A DNA stretch of 64,000 nt from Candidatus Nomurabacteria bacterium RIFCSPHIGHO2_02_40_30 (GTDB taxonomy: Bacteria; Patescibacteriota; Minisyncoccia; Phycocordibacterales; UBA9973), in contig MFTV01000016.1 of assembly GCA_001785445.1 (NCBI GenBank), positions 6,259 through 70,258 of the forward strand, read 5' to 3'. The stretch's first letter is position 1; the number at the start of each line of letters is the position of its first letter. Below the pieces are notes generated by a model, which saw only the letters and a list, made by a program, of their open reading frames with translations, was not told where the DNA came from and searched no databases. This document shows, piece after piece, positions 49,716 to 58,473 of the stretch. The translations under genes and the position numbers were made by a program.

Positions 49716-50349
49716 TTTTACCTTTCAGTAAATAAATACCGAGGTATGAGAGAGGTGTATATAAGAACCCCATCAAAACTTTGTAAAGCCACCATGGAAT
49801 TATGATGGCAATAATCGTGGCAAAAGGATAGATTCCAAGGAAAGCAACAAACATAAAAATTACAGTATCTAAAAACTGAGACCAGATGTTTGAAAGATTG
49901 GAACGAAGCCAAAATTTCTTTTCTCCGATTTTCTTTCGAAAAAAGAAAAAAGCTATGACGTCTTGATATTCAGCAATAAAGAAAGCCGTAAGCGAAGCAA
50001 TGGATATACGTGCTGATAGACCAAAAACTTGGTTGTAGCTATCTTTAACCCAAAGACCTTTCTCCGCCCAAGGCATGGAAGTTGAAATAAGAGAATAAAA
50101 TAAAAATAAAACAATACTGATAACGCCGGCAAGGACAAAATTCTTCGCCATTTTCTTGCCGTAAATTTCCCCTATCATATCTGTCATGATAAACACGATA
50201 GGAAAACAAAAAACACCCACCGAGAGGTTTGTGCCGAAAATAAAAGGCATGAGCTTCATCCCCAAGGTGTTGGCGGCAAAAAGCGAAGTAAGATATAGTG
50301 TTAAGCAAATAAGAATCTTCTTATAATCTCTTTCAGTAAGAGTTTGCAT
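49696..50349 (-). CDS. VUT/YhhQ-family (queuosine precursor-type) transporter
   Basis: AN..K, FP..F..TDMIGEIYGK, RISIAS, WLRSNLS..SQFLDT. Confidence 0.9.
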   Translation of the reverse strand: MQTLTERDYKKILICLTLYLTSLFAANTLGMKLMPFIFGTNLSVGVFCFPIVFIMTDMIGEIYGKKMAKNFVLAGVISIVLFLFYSLISTSMPWAEKGLWVKDSYNQVFGLSARISIASLTAFFIAEYQDVIAFFFFRKKIGEKKFWLRSNLSNIWSQFLDTVIFMFVAFLGIYPFATIIAIIIPWWLYKVLMGFLYTPLSYLGIYLLKGKNANQSN

Positions 50350-50352
50350 ATA

Positions 50353-50775
50353 TTATTTCACTTCAATACCCATTGAGCGAGCAGAGCCGGCAATTATGTT
50401 GATGGCCCCTTCATCATCTTTCGCGTTTAAATCTACTCTTTTTTTGTTGGCTACTTCCAGTGCTTGAGCTCGAGTTATTTTGCCAGCTTTAATGGCAACA
50501 TTTTTGCCCGAGCCCTTTTCTACTCCGGCAGCTTTTAAAATAAGCCCTGTAACAGGAGGGGTTTTTATAACAAAGTCGTAGCTTCTATCTTCATATACAG
50601 TAATGGAAACCCCAACTTTGTCCCCTGCCATCTTGGCAGTAGCAGCGTTAAACTTAGTAACAAAGTCTCCTATATTTATGCCAGCTTGTCCGAGCGCAGG
50701 ACCAAGTGGCGGCGCTGGTGTAGCCTTAGCAGCAGCAATTTGTAACTTTATTTTTTTAGTAATTTTCTTTGCCAT
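50353..50775 (-). CDS. rplK: 50S ribosomal protein L11
   Basis: [24 protein letters not shown]. Confidence 0.98.
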   Translation of the reverse strand: MAKKITKKIKLQIAAAKATPAPPLGPALGQAGINIGDFVTKFNAATAKMAGDKVGVSITVYEDRSYDFVIKTPPVTGLILKAAGVEKGSGKNVAIKAGKITRAQALEVANKKRVDLNAKDDEGAINIIAGSARSMGIEVK

Positions 50776-50789
50776 ACAGTGAGATTAGC

Positions 50790-51335
50790 TTAAATTTTCT
50801 TAACTTGCAAGAAATCGAGCTCTACCGGGGTTTCACGGCCAAACATTGAAACCAGTACCTTTATTTTCCCGCGTTCTTCGTCAACTGAATTTATTTTGCC
50901 TTCTAAGTCTTTAAACGGTCCGTCGGTTATTAAAACACTTTCACCGACAGCCATATCAATTTTGTGTTTGGCCATGCCGGCATCCATCTTTTTAAAGAGG
51001 TAGTCCACTTCTTCATTTTTAAGTGGAACGGGATTCACTCCGGCGCCCACGAAGCCGGTAACTCGCGGAGTGTTCCTGACCACATACCAAGAATCATCAG
51101 TTACAATCATGTCCACTAACACATAACCGGGATAAATTTTTTCCTCAACCTCTACTCTTTTGCCTCCTTTAATTTTTATTTTCTTATCAACCGGAACAAT
51201 GACATTGAAAATTTTATCATGCATGCCCAGTGAGTCAATTCTCTGTTTCAAATTGCGAAGAACAACGTTTTCATATCCGGCATAAGTATGGATGGCATAC
51301 CAATTGCGAGCTCCTTGTGTTTCTTGTTTTGACAT
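50790..51335 (-). CDS. nusG: Transcription factor NusG
   Basis: [31 protein letters not shown]. Confidence 0.98.
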   Translation of the reverse strand: MSKQETQGARNWYAIHTYAGYENVVLRNLKQRIDSLGMHDKIFNVIVPVDKKIKIKGGKRVEVEEKIYPGYVLVDMIVTDDSWYVVRNTPRVTGFVGAGVNPVPLKNEEVDYLFKKMDAGMAKHKIDMAVGESVLITDGPFKDLEGKINSVDEERGKIKVLVSMFGRETPVELDFLQVKKI

Positions 51336-51402
51336 CCCAGTACTAAAATTTTAATTAATAATCTGTATCTTTATGTCCCGTAATCAAAAATTTAGTACGG
51401 GA
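51335..51402. repeat. Short inverted-repeat element abutting the nusG ATG
   Basis: TCCC(A)GTACTAAA ... TTTAGTACGGGA. Confidence 0.6.
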
Positions 51403-51419
51403 CAAGTATAATTGAAAAA

Positions 51420-51605
51420 CTAAAAGGAAATTATTTTCTCCAAACCTTTTGAAAAAATAAAGTCAAAAATACCTAAGTAATATGCCACTAATACAGACAA
51501 TACAATAACTATTAAAGTATAGTAAATGGTCTGGCTCCTAGAAGGCCAGACAACGTGCTTTAGTTCTGTTCTGGTCTCTTTAAAGTAATCAGTAATTTTA
51601 GACAT
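51420..51605 (-). CDS. secE: Preprotein translocase SecE
   Basis: ELKHVVWPS plus a single TM; upstream of nusG. Confidence 0.96.
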   Translation of the reverse strand: MSKITDYFKETRTELKHVVWPSRSQTIYYTLIVIVLSVLVAYYLGIFDFIFSKGLEKIISF

Positions 51606-51744
51606 AAAAAAATTTACCCTCTTAAAAAAGCCCCTTGCAGGGCTCTTTAAGACTACTCCTCTAGAACGAAAAAGTCAAACAAAAATCAGTACATAAAACT
51701 TGTCAACCTGCCACATCGACAAGTCATTATATGATCTACGTCGA

Positions 51745-53448
51745 CTAATTAACCGTAAAAAAGTTATCAGAACCTTCAGTAACACTACCAACCCCCGTTT
51801 CGTAGCCAATAATTTCTATTTTGAACTGGGTATTGGTGGTATTCCATTTACTGACATTCCAACTATAACTGCCGGTGTTGGGAATATTATAAGCGATCCA
51901 ATCTCCGGTGCCGTTACTGTCCTTGAGCATAATTGATATTTGATTGATGTTGGAACTATTCGTCCAGGTAATGGACTTGGCGGAGCCTTTAGTCAAACAC
52001 TCTCCGCCATTTGGCGAAGTAATGGTGATGGAACCAACGGAATTTATGGACGCTGTTGGCGCCACGGAATTTTGAGACGGCGTACAACCTGTCGGTGCAG
52101 GTGTTATGACAACATCCGCTGGATCCACCGTCGAAGTAAATTGCTTGGCGACGGCTTGAGAACCAGAAGTGGCAGTAATAGTAAAAGTATAAGTACCAGC
52201 GATTGTAGGAGTGCCTGTAATTACACTAGAGGAACTGCCCGCTGTGAAAGATAATCCATTAGGTAATGAACTATCAGCACCTAAAGCCCAAATATATGAA
52301 CCAACCCCGCCAGTGGCTTCTATATTAACTGAATACGACTGCCCCACTTTTGCATTGGGAAGTGGAGAAGGGGTGGTAATGGTAAGATTGGAAGGTTGAG
52401 CAGATGTTGAAGAAATAGTAAAAGAGGAGTTACTTTCGTCTAGAAGAGTACCGTCACTTTTTTCTATACGAAGAAAATAACTACCGGTAGCATAAGAGGA
52501 AGGCAGAGTGAATGTAACTGACCCTGTGTTCGACGCCAAAAGATAAAGGTCGTTCGTTGCACCTGTGTACCCTACCCTGCGCAATGTAAGGTTAACTTGG
52601 CTAATACTAGAGTCGCCCACATTCCAGCGTACAGTTTGAGTAGAACCAGCTTGCCACACTTCGCCGCCATTAGGCGAAAGAACAGTGGTAGCTGTTGATC
52701 CACAAAAGTAGACATTTTCATTTTTTCCGTCTATCGTAGTATTCAACTTTCCCTCACAAGAACTAAGCCAAGTAAGCGATGTATTTATTGGTCCATTAAC
52801 CTTTGTTGTACACGAACCAATGCCACTACAGGAAAAGGAAAAACGTGTTTCGGTAGTAGAACTTGTGGTTGTAGGCGTTAGATACCCATAACATTGCACC
52901 TCTGTTGTAATCGGATTAGTAGAACTTGAAAAGACACAAGTTACGAGCTCTGACGCTGATACATAAGGAGGCTGTGGTGAAACCGGTTTAGATATCACTG
53001 TTAGGTTATTATCATCCTGAAAATCTTTTACCGCTCTAGCTGATATTTTCCCATATTTCCCGTCAATTTTTCCAAAATAATAACCCTCGTCTTTTAAGAA
53101 TTGCTGAAGTATTTTAACGTCATTACCTTTTGAACCAACCCTAAAGCTACTTTTGAATACAGAATTAAACTGGGAGATAGTTGAAGAATTGTCTTGAGAA
53201 TCATTATTACTGCCACTGTTACTACCACCGCAAGCCTGACCGGTAACAGGACTAAACAAATAACCAGTCTGACACCCGGCAACTGCTGTAGTATCACGAC
53301 AGGATTGACCACTTGTAGTGCTATAGTTTGAAGTTTCAGTGCACCCAGGAATATCTCTGTACGTGCCAACAAGAGCGCTGGCAAAATTAAGATTAAAATT
53401 AAACAAAGCAAAGGCCAAAACAAACAAAAATAAAGTATATTTTTTCAT
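51745..53448 (-). CDS. Secreted/surface protein with peptidoglycan-binding and Ig-like domains
   Basis: Signal peptide; GSKGNDVKILQQFL..DGKYG..AVKDFQ; two SPNGGE Ig repeats; LPNGL..GTPT Ig; Ser/Thr-rich. Confidence 0.85.
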   Translation of the reverse strand: MKKYTLFLFVLAFALFNFNLNFASALVGTYRDIPGCTETSNYSTTSGQSCRDTTAVAGCQTGYLFSPVTGQACGGSNSGSNNDSQDNSSTISQFNSVFKSSFRVGSKGNDVKILQQFLKDEGYYFGKIDGKYGKISARAVKDFQDDNNLTVISKPVSPQPPYVSASELVTCVFSSSTNPITTEVQCYGYLTPTTTSSTTETRFSFSCSGIGSCTTKVNGPINTSLTWLSSCEGKLNTTIDGKNENVYFCGSTATTVLSPNGGEVWQAGSTQTVRWNVGDSSISQVNLTLRRVGYTGATNDLYLLASNTGSVTFTLPSSYATGSYFLRIEKSDGTLLDESNSSFTISSTSAQPSNLTITTPSPLPNAKVGQSYSVNIEATGGVGSYIWALGADSSLPNGLSFTAGSSSSVITGTPTIAGTYTFTITATSGSQAVAKQFTSTVDPADVVITPAPTGCTPSQNSVAPTASINSVGSITITSPNGGECLTKGSAKSITWTNSSNINQISIMLKDSNGTGDWIAYNIPNTGSYSWNVSKWNTTNTQFKIEIIGYETGVGSVTEGSDNFFTVN

Positions 53449-53456
53449 ATACCTAA

Positions 53457-53484
53457 AGTGTACCCCCCCCCACGTTTTTAGCAA
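53457..53484 (-). promoter_or_regulatory. Sigma70 promoter with G9 tract in the spacer
   Basis: TTGCTA-aaaacgtGGGGGGGGG-TACACT (16-nt spacer), 8 nt before the ATG. Confidence 0.7.
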
Positions 53485-53516
53485 GTAAAGTTACCCACAC
53501 TGCAAGTTCAGAATGA

Positions 53517-53792
53517 TTATACTCTTCCGCCAATAATTTCATAGACTACCCTGCGGTGAGCAATTGCAAAAATTTTAACTTTATTATTTTCTATGCGAAA
53601 AATTATTCTATAATCACCAACTCTTAATTTGAAATAACCCTTAAGCGATTTTCGTAATGGTTTTCCGTATAAGTCTGGTTCGGTTACTAACTTTGTTTCA
53701 ATAGCCTGTTTGATGCGACTTTTATACGAACCTGATATTTTAGGAATATCATTTTTTACAACTTTTCCCACATATAATATTTCATAGCCCAT
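53517..53792 (-). CDS. RelE/ParE-family toxin
   Basis: GKPLR..LKGYFKLRVGDYRIIF..IAHRRVVY. Confidence 0.93.
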   Translation of the reverse strand: MGYEILYVGKVVKNDIPKISGSYKSRIKQAIETKLVTEPDLYGKPLRKSLKGYFKLRVGDYRIIFRIENNKVKIFAIAHRRVVYEIIGGRV

Positions 53793-53798
53793 AGGAGT

Positions 53799-54020
53799 TT
53801 ATGCCCATGCCTGTTTGTGATTTAAAAAACGAGCATTTTTTGTATCACGCTCCCGCGCGATTTTATCAAGAACAATATCTTCCTCTAGCTCAAGAGCTAT
53901 GCCCAAAAGATACAGCGCTTTTGTGGCCTGTGGAATATTATCGCGTTTTGCTATGCGAGATAACATTATATCCAAATCCGGCGGCAAAGAAATGTTTATC
54001 CTCTTTTTTATTGTTGGCAT
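53799..54020 (-). CDS. RHH-type antitoxin
   Basis: KRINISL RHH; LELEED; directly upstream of the toxin. Confidence 0.85.
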   Translation of the reverse strand: MPTIKKRINISLPPDLDIMLSRIAKRDNIPQATKALYLLGIALELEEDIVLDKIARERDTKNARFLNHKQAWA

Positions 54021-54064
54021 ATTAATCAGTGTACCAAAAGTGTATCACTTGTGTCAAGTGAAAT

Positions 54065-54871
54065 CTATCGTATCTCGTAAGTTATCGTCACATCCGAGCT
54101 GATGGTATTCTCCCCTTTAGGGATTACAGCAGGAGTAGATGCCCCGTATGCTCCGTCTTCCATCATATTAGCCTTGCCATACATAATAGGATAGTTCTCA
54201 GACTCATTGAAATCTATAATTTTCACCAAACTAACACCTAAATCTTTGGCTAAAATTTTTGCTTTGCTTTTAGCTTCATCAATTGCCAGTTTTCTAGCTT
54301 CTATTTTTAATGCGTCTTCGTCGTCAATAGAAAAATTCGGACCACTTAAATTTGAAACACCGACAGTGCCTAAGCCTTGCATAATGGCTCCAACATCATC
54401 TGTATTCCTTACCTTTACAGTAATGCTTTCAGAAGAAATGTAGCCAGTTAGTATTTGTTTGCCATTCCCACAATCATACATCCCTCCCTCTATCCCAATT
54501 TGTGGACACATCTTACGCACATAATCATATTTTGGATAAAAAGAGCTATCAGTAGTTTTAATATCTTTCTCATTTACATTTCTTGTTTTCAAAAAATCCA
54601 ACGCTTTCTTCTCAACAACAGCCACTCCTTCCTGCGCTTCCTTTACCGTTTTACTTTCTTTGGATATTGTAAAATAAACACTGGCAATATCCGGTACGGC
54701 CTGCACTTCTCCGTGACCTGATATGACAATAGTGCTTACATTTACATTCCCCAAGATGCTGTAAGATTTAACTTCAGACAAAAATTTTGCTGCAAAATAA
54801 AGAGACAATATTATCAAGAGACCGAGTAAAGCCCTGTAGAGATTTGTTTTATTTTGTTCTGGTATTTCCAT
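54065..54871 (-). CDS. SIMPL (DUF541) domain protein
   Basis: SGHGEVQAVPDIA, AIDEAKSKA..LA..LGV. Confidence 0.92.
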   Translation of the reverse strand: MEIPEQNKTNLYRALLGLLIILSLYFAAKFLSEVKSYSILGNVNVSTIVISGHGEVQAVPDIASVYFTISKESKTVKEAQEGVAVVEKKALDFLKTRNVNEKDIKTTDSSFYPKYDYVRKMCPQIGIEGGMYDCGNGKQILTGYISSESITVKVRNTDDVGAIMQGLGTVGVSNLSGPNFSIDDEDALKIEARKLAIDEAKSKAKILAKDLGVSLVKIIDFNESENYPIMYGKANMMEDGAYGASTPAVIPKGENTISSDVTITYEIR

Positions 54872-54936
54872 CCCGTTAGAAGTTATTAAAAATAATTTTC
54901 ATACCACAATTCCCGCTAGTGAACTTCTAACGGGAT
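54870..54936. mobile_element. Miniature element with perfect 15-bp TIRs at the SIMPL start codon
   Basis: ATCCCGTTAGAAGTT...AACTTCTAACGGGAT, with TCCAT on both sides. Confidence 0.75.
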
Positions 54937-54966
54937 CCATATTTATAATTGTACACTAAGATTTTT

Positions 54967-55980
54967 TTAAATCAAATTAACTTCCGCAATAAGCTTCAAG
55001 CCAAATTTTGCAAAAACTGAAGCAATTATTTGTTCGGCTAAATTTTTTATTTCTGCCCCACTGGCGGCGCCATAATTGACTAAAACCAACGCCTGCTTTT
55101 CGTGCACGCCTGCATTGCCTACTCTTTTTCCTTTCCAGCCGGCCTGTTCAATTAGCCATGCTGCGGGGATTTTGGTCATTTCATCTTCTTCGAAGTGCGG
55201 CGCATTCGGGTACTGCTTAAAAAATTTAGCCGCTTTATTTTTCTGTAAAAATACATTCTTGAAAAAACTTCCTGCGTTCGGGATGAAAGCTGGGTCAGGC
55301 AATTTACTACGACGTATGGCCGAGACAGCATCACTGATGTCTCTTGAGCTCTTTACTTGTATTTTATTTTTTTCTAAATATTCTTGCAGAACTTTATAGC
55401 TGATATTTTTCTTTTCTTTCTTAGAGAGTTTAACAGTGATAGCTGAAATAAAATACTTTCCTTTTAACTTATTTTTAAAAACGCTGTCTCTGTAACCCAA
55501 TTCACATTCTTCTTTGGTAAAAATTATTTTCGCAGTACTTTGTATGTCATATACTTCGATATTTTCCAAAACATCTTTAAGTTCCGCGCCATAAGCTCCG
55601 ACATTCTGCATGGGCGCAGCCCCGACAGTGCCGGGAATCAGTGATAAGTTTTCTATCCCCCAATACCCCCGCTTTGTGGCAAAGTTTACAAGGTCGTGCC
55701 AAATTTCTCCTCCCAAAGAACGGACCCAAACATTTTCAGGGTTTTCCCTTAGAATCTCTATTCCTTTTAGTTTATTTAAAATAACAATACCGTTAAAATC
55801 ACGAGTAAATAAAACATTGCTTCCCCCTCCTAAAAAAAATTTTGGGTTATCTTTAAAACAACCAGACAAAAAAAGATCTTTCAAGTCAGATTCTTTTTCA
55901 AGTATGAAGAAAAACTTGGCGTGAGCAGATATACCTAAAGTGTTCAATGTGGTCAAGTCATAATTCTCTAAAATTCTCAT
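54967..55980 (-). CDS. murB: UDP-N-acetylmuramate dehydrogenase
   Basis: LGGGSNVL, IPGTVGAAPMQNVGAYG, NAGSFFKN, HEKQALVLVN. Confidence 0.97.
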   Translation of the reverse strand: MRILENYDLTTLNTLGISAHAKFFFILEKESDLKDLFLSGCFKDNPKFFLGGGSNVLFTRDFNGIVILNKLKGIEILRENPENVWVRSLGGEIWHDLVNFATKRGYWGIENLSLIPGTVGAAPMQNVGAYGAELKDVLENIEVYDIQSTAKIIFTKEECELGYRDSVFKNKLKGKYFISAITVKLSKKEKKNISYKVLQEYLEKNKIQVKSSRDISDAVSAIRRSKLPDPAFIPNAGSFFKNVFLQKNKAAKFFKQYPNAPHFEEDEMTKIPAAWLIEQAGWKGKRVGNAGVHEKQALVLVNYGAASGAEIKNLAEQIIASVFAKFGLKLIAEVNLI

Positions 55981-55984
55981 TTTG

Positions 55985-56518
55985 TTATTGCAAAATCTCT
56001 TTCTCTAGTCTTTTTTCTATTTCTTCTTCACTGATTGGCTTGAGCATTTTTTGCAACTCTGGATCTTGAGACAAGTCAAGTCCTTGTTTTTCGAGTAGAA
56101 TAGCCATCATTTTCATAAGTTTAGTGAGCTCCCTTTCAGTAATAAGGTTAATTTGTAAGTGAGTTTCTTCACGCAAATCATCTACTTTGGCTGTGCGGTT
56201 TTGAGATATAAGCACAAAAATTGCAAGGATGATCGCTTCTAATGAAACTATATTTGTTAAGAGATTGAAGGGAAAAGGATCAAAGGTTGGAATTATTTTT
56301 ATTTGGTTGGTATTAATAAGTATCCAACCAATAAACAAAAATACATTGAGCAATAAGAATGTGTTGCTACCAAAGTTAGAAGTCATGGAGTCTGCCATTT
56401 TTTCCATGATTGTCCGCTTGGCGTCAGCTTTTGCTTTTATACTGCGAAAGATTCTTCTTTTAGTCTCTTCACTTTCACCGAATAAAGACTTTAAAAATGA
56501 AATGTGGTTTTGTAACAT
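55985..56518 (-). CDS. DUF1003 membrane protein
   Basis: FDPFPFNLL..VSLEAI..VLISQNR. Confidence 0.9.
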   Translation of the reverse strand: MLQNHISFLKSLFGESEETKRRIFRSIKAKADAKRTIMEKMADSMTSNFGSNTFLLLNVFLFIGWILINTNQIKIIPTFDPFPFNLLTNIVSLEAIILAIFVLISQNRTAKVDDLREETHLQINLITERELTKLMKMMAILLEKQGLDLSQDPELQKMLKPISEEEIEKRLEKEILQ

Positions 56519-56519
56519 A

Positions 56520-57071
56520 TTATTCTCTAATTGTACTAAATCTTCCATCGCTCTGCAATTTAATAATTCTAGATGCTTTACCCGAGAGGGTTCCACCATC
56601 TACGTACAAATCAACTAAATTGTCGAAATATTTTTTAGCTTCCGAAATTGTTTGAGCCGGAGGAAAGTCCTCTATATTGGCCGAAGGCGCAATGAGTGGT
56701 CCGGTTTTCGTAATCAAGTCTCGGAGAGCTTGCTCTCTAGGCACACGAAAAGCAAGCGAGTTTGTGCCTCTATGTAAATATGTAAGAGATTCATCAGGGC
56801 AATCTAAAATAAAACTTGTAGGTTCGTTATTTTTTTCAATCACACTTTTCTGGTTTTCTGTAAGAAATATGCCGAGCCTTTCGAGATTGCCAATATCCTC
56901 AATCAATATTATGCAGGGCTTGTTTACATCTCGCTTTCTTATGGCATAAATCTTATTAACCACAGACTCATTATTAGCTTGTCCCACAATACCATACAAG
57001 GTGTCAGTGGGCATGACGACTACCCCTCCCCCTTTAATAATTTTTATTAAATTTTCATCATTCCAGACCAT
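56520..57071 (-). CDS. tsaC: Threonylcarbamoyl-AMP synthase (Sua5/YrdC)
   Basis: PTDTLYGI, KR..KP, AFRVP, PSAN. Confidence 0.93.
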   Translation of the reverse strand: MVWNDENLIKIIKGGGVVVMPTDTLYGIVGQANNESVVNKIYAIRKRDVNKPCIILIEDIGNLERLGIFLTENQKSVIEKNNEPTSFILDCPDESLTYLHRGTNSLAFRVPREQALRDLITKTGPLIAPSANIEDFPPAQTISEAKKYFDNLVDLYVDGGTLSGKASRIIKLQSDGRFSTIRE

Positions 57072-57107
57072 AGAAATTATTCTACTCTTAGTGTACAATT
57101 ACGCAAT

Positions 57108-57503
57108 ATGGTGCTGATAAAAAAAATTGTAAAATTTTTCGATAGACTAGAAGACAAAATACGCGGAAAATTGAGTCATTACCCTATTCTTTATGGATTT
57201 ATAGGGGGCATAGGGATAGTGCTATTTTGGCGTGGAGTCTGGCATACTGCGGATGATCTGAACATTGGCAGTGTTACTTCATTAGTTATCGCAGTAACAA
57301 TTCTGCTGGTAACAGGGGTATTCGTCTCCGCTTTTATCGGGAATCGGCTCATTATATCGGGCCTTATTGGAGAAAAAAAATTGGAAGAAAAAGAAATGAA
57401 GGATATTGAGACAGAAGAAACCCAGCTTAAAAATCTGCAGAGTACTCTAAGTAGACTAGAAAAAAAACTGGAGCATCTTGATACTGATGTACACAAAAAA
57501 TAA
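57108..57503 (+). CDS. Conserved hypothetical membrane protein
   Basis: GIVLFWRGVW, 2 TM plus coiled coil. Confidence 0.75.
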   Translation: MVLIKKIVKFFDRLEDKIRGKLSHYPILYGFIGGIGIVLFWRGVWHTADDLNIGSVTSLVIAVTILLVTGVFVSAFIGNRLIISGLIGEKKLEEKEMKDIETEETQLKNLQSTLSRLEKKLEHLDTDVHKK

Positions 57504-57513
57504 TTAGGTTTTT

Positions 57514-57876
57514 TTACTTTCCAGATTTATAAAAATAATACAAGGCAAGCGGTGCTGCCCAATTTGCGAAACGTTCTATAAAGTCCCATATTGGCAGACC
57601 TACCAACGGCCTGACCAGTGCAGTCCAAAAACCCCAGAATGCCATCCATAACAAAATCGGCCTAATTGGCTTAAGAAGCACTAAAATTGCTAACAAAATA
57701 TCTGCTACTCCAACCGCCAGCATAAATGTCGTGGCGGTCGCCGTATCAAGACCAGTTAATTGCTCGGTCCATTTTATCCAATCCGCCTTGCCTAAAACGG
57801 CAAAAACTCCGTGCCCTAAAAATTCTCCCGCTACACCAATCCTTAAAATCCATTCTATTTTTTTGTCATTTGTCAT
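57514..57876 (-). CDS. DoxX-like membrane protein
   Basis: LRIGVA..FLGHG, 4 TM, ERFANW. Confidence 0.7.
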   Translation of the reverse strand: MTNDKKIEWILRIGVAGEFLGHGVFAVLGKADWIKWTEQLTGLDTATATTFMLAVGVADILLAILVLLKPIRPILLWMAFWGFWTALVRPLVGLPIWDFIERFANWAAPLALYYFYKSGK

Positions 57877-57931
57877 ACATAAAATTATAACAAAATAAAA
57901 ATTAAAAAATTTTAAATTAAGTGGATAACTT

Positions 57932-58006
57932 TGGGTGCCTACAGGGATTCGAACCCTGACTAAGAGCTCCACAAGCTCTAGTGCTAACCATTACACCATA
58001 GGCACC
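57932..58006 (-). tRNA. tRNA-His(GUG)
   Basis: G-1, anticodon loop TTGTGGA, C discriminator, encoded CCA. Confidence 0.95.
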
Positions 58007-58020
58007 ATGTGTATTGGTAT

Positions 58021-58446
58021 TTATACACCAAAAATAGAAAAAAGAAAAATACAAAGACAAATAACTGCGGAGACTATGCACCAAGAGCATCCTTTTTTTA
58101 ATATAAAAATTTGTACCCCAAGAAGATAAATTGAAAAAAGAAAAGCTCCAAAAGTTATCAGTACTAAAAAACTAGAAAAGACAACTGGGATAATGTCAGA
58201 TATAAAGATAGAAAATAGATAGAAAATAGATAGAAAAGCATAATAAATCATGCCAAAAATTTCCAGTGGCACATGCATGAATTCAGAATAATTACTGTGA
58301 ATCACAGCATGGCAGTCAAATCCTACTGGACAAACCAGGATTTTATTAGCCTTTTTATGTTTATGGATACGCCTAGCCACCCAAAACCCGCATAAACCTA
58401 GAACAAAAATAATTATCCGTATTAAAGTGTCATCTGGAAATTGCAT
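58021..58446 (-). CDS. VKOR-family protein
   Basis: C..C..V..S.YS loop and CSWC. Confidence 0.9.
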   Translation of the reverse strand: MQFPDDTLIRIIIFVLGLCGFWVARRIHKHKKANKILVCPVGFDCHAVIHSNYSEFMHVPLEIFGMIYYAFLSIFYLFSIFISDIIPVVFSSFLVLITFGAFLFSIYLLGVQIFILKKGCSWCIVSAVICLCIFLFSIFGV

Positions 58447-58473
58447 GGGTAGAGTATACTAGTAATTCTTTAA

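Noticed and set aside
53517-54020. RelE-type toxin-antitoxin pair as a novel system
   Set aside because: Ordinary type II TA organisation and motifs
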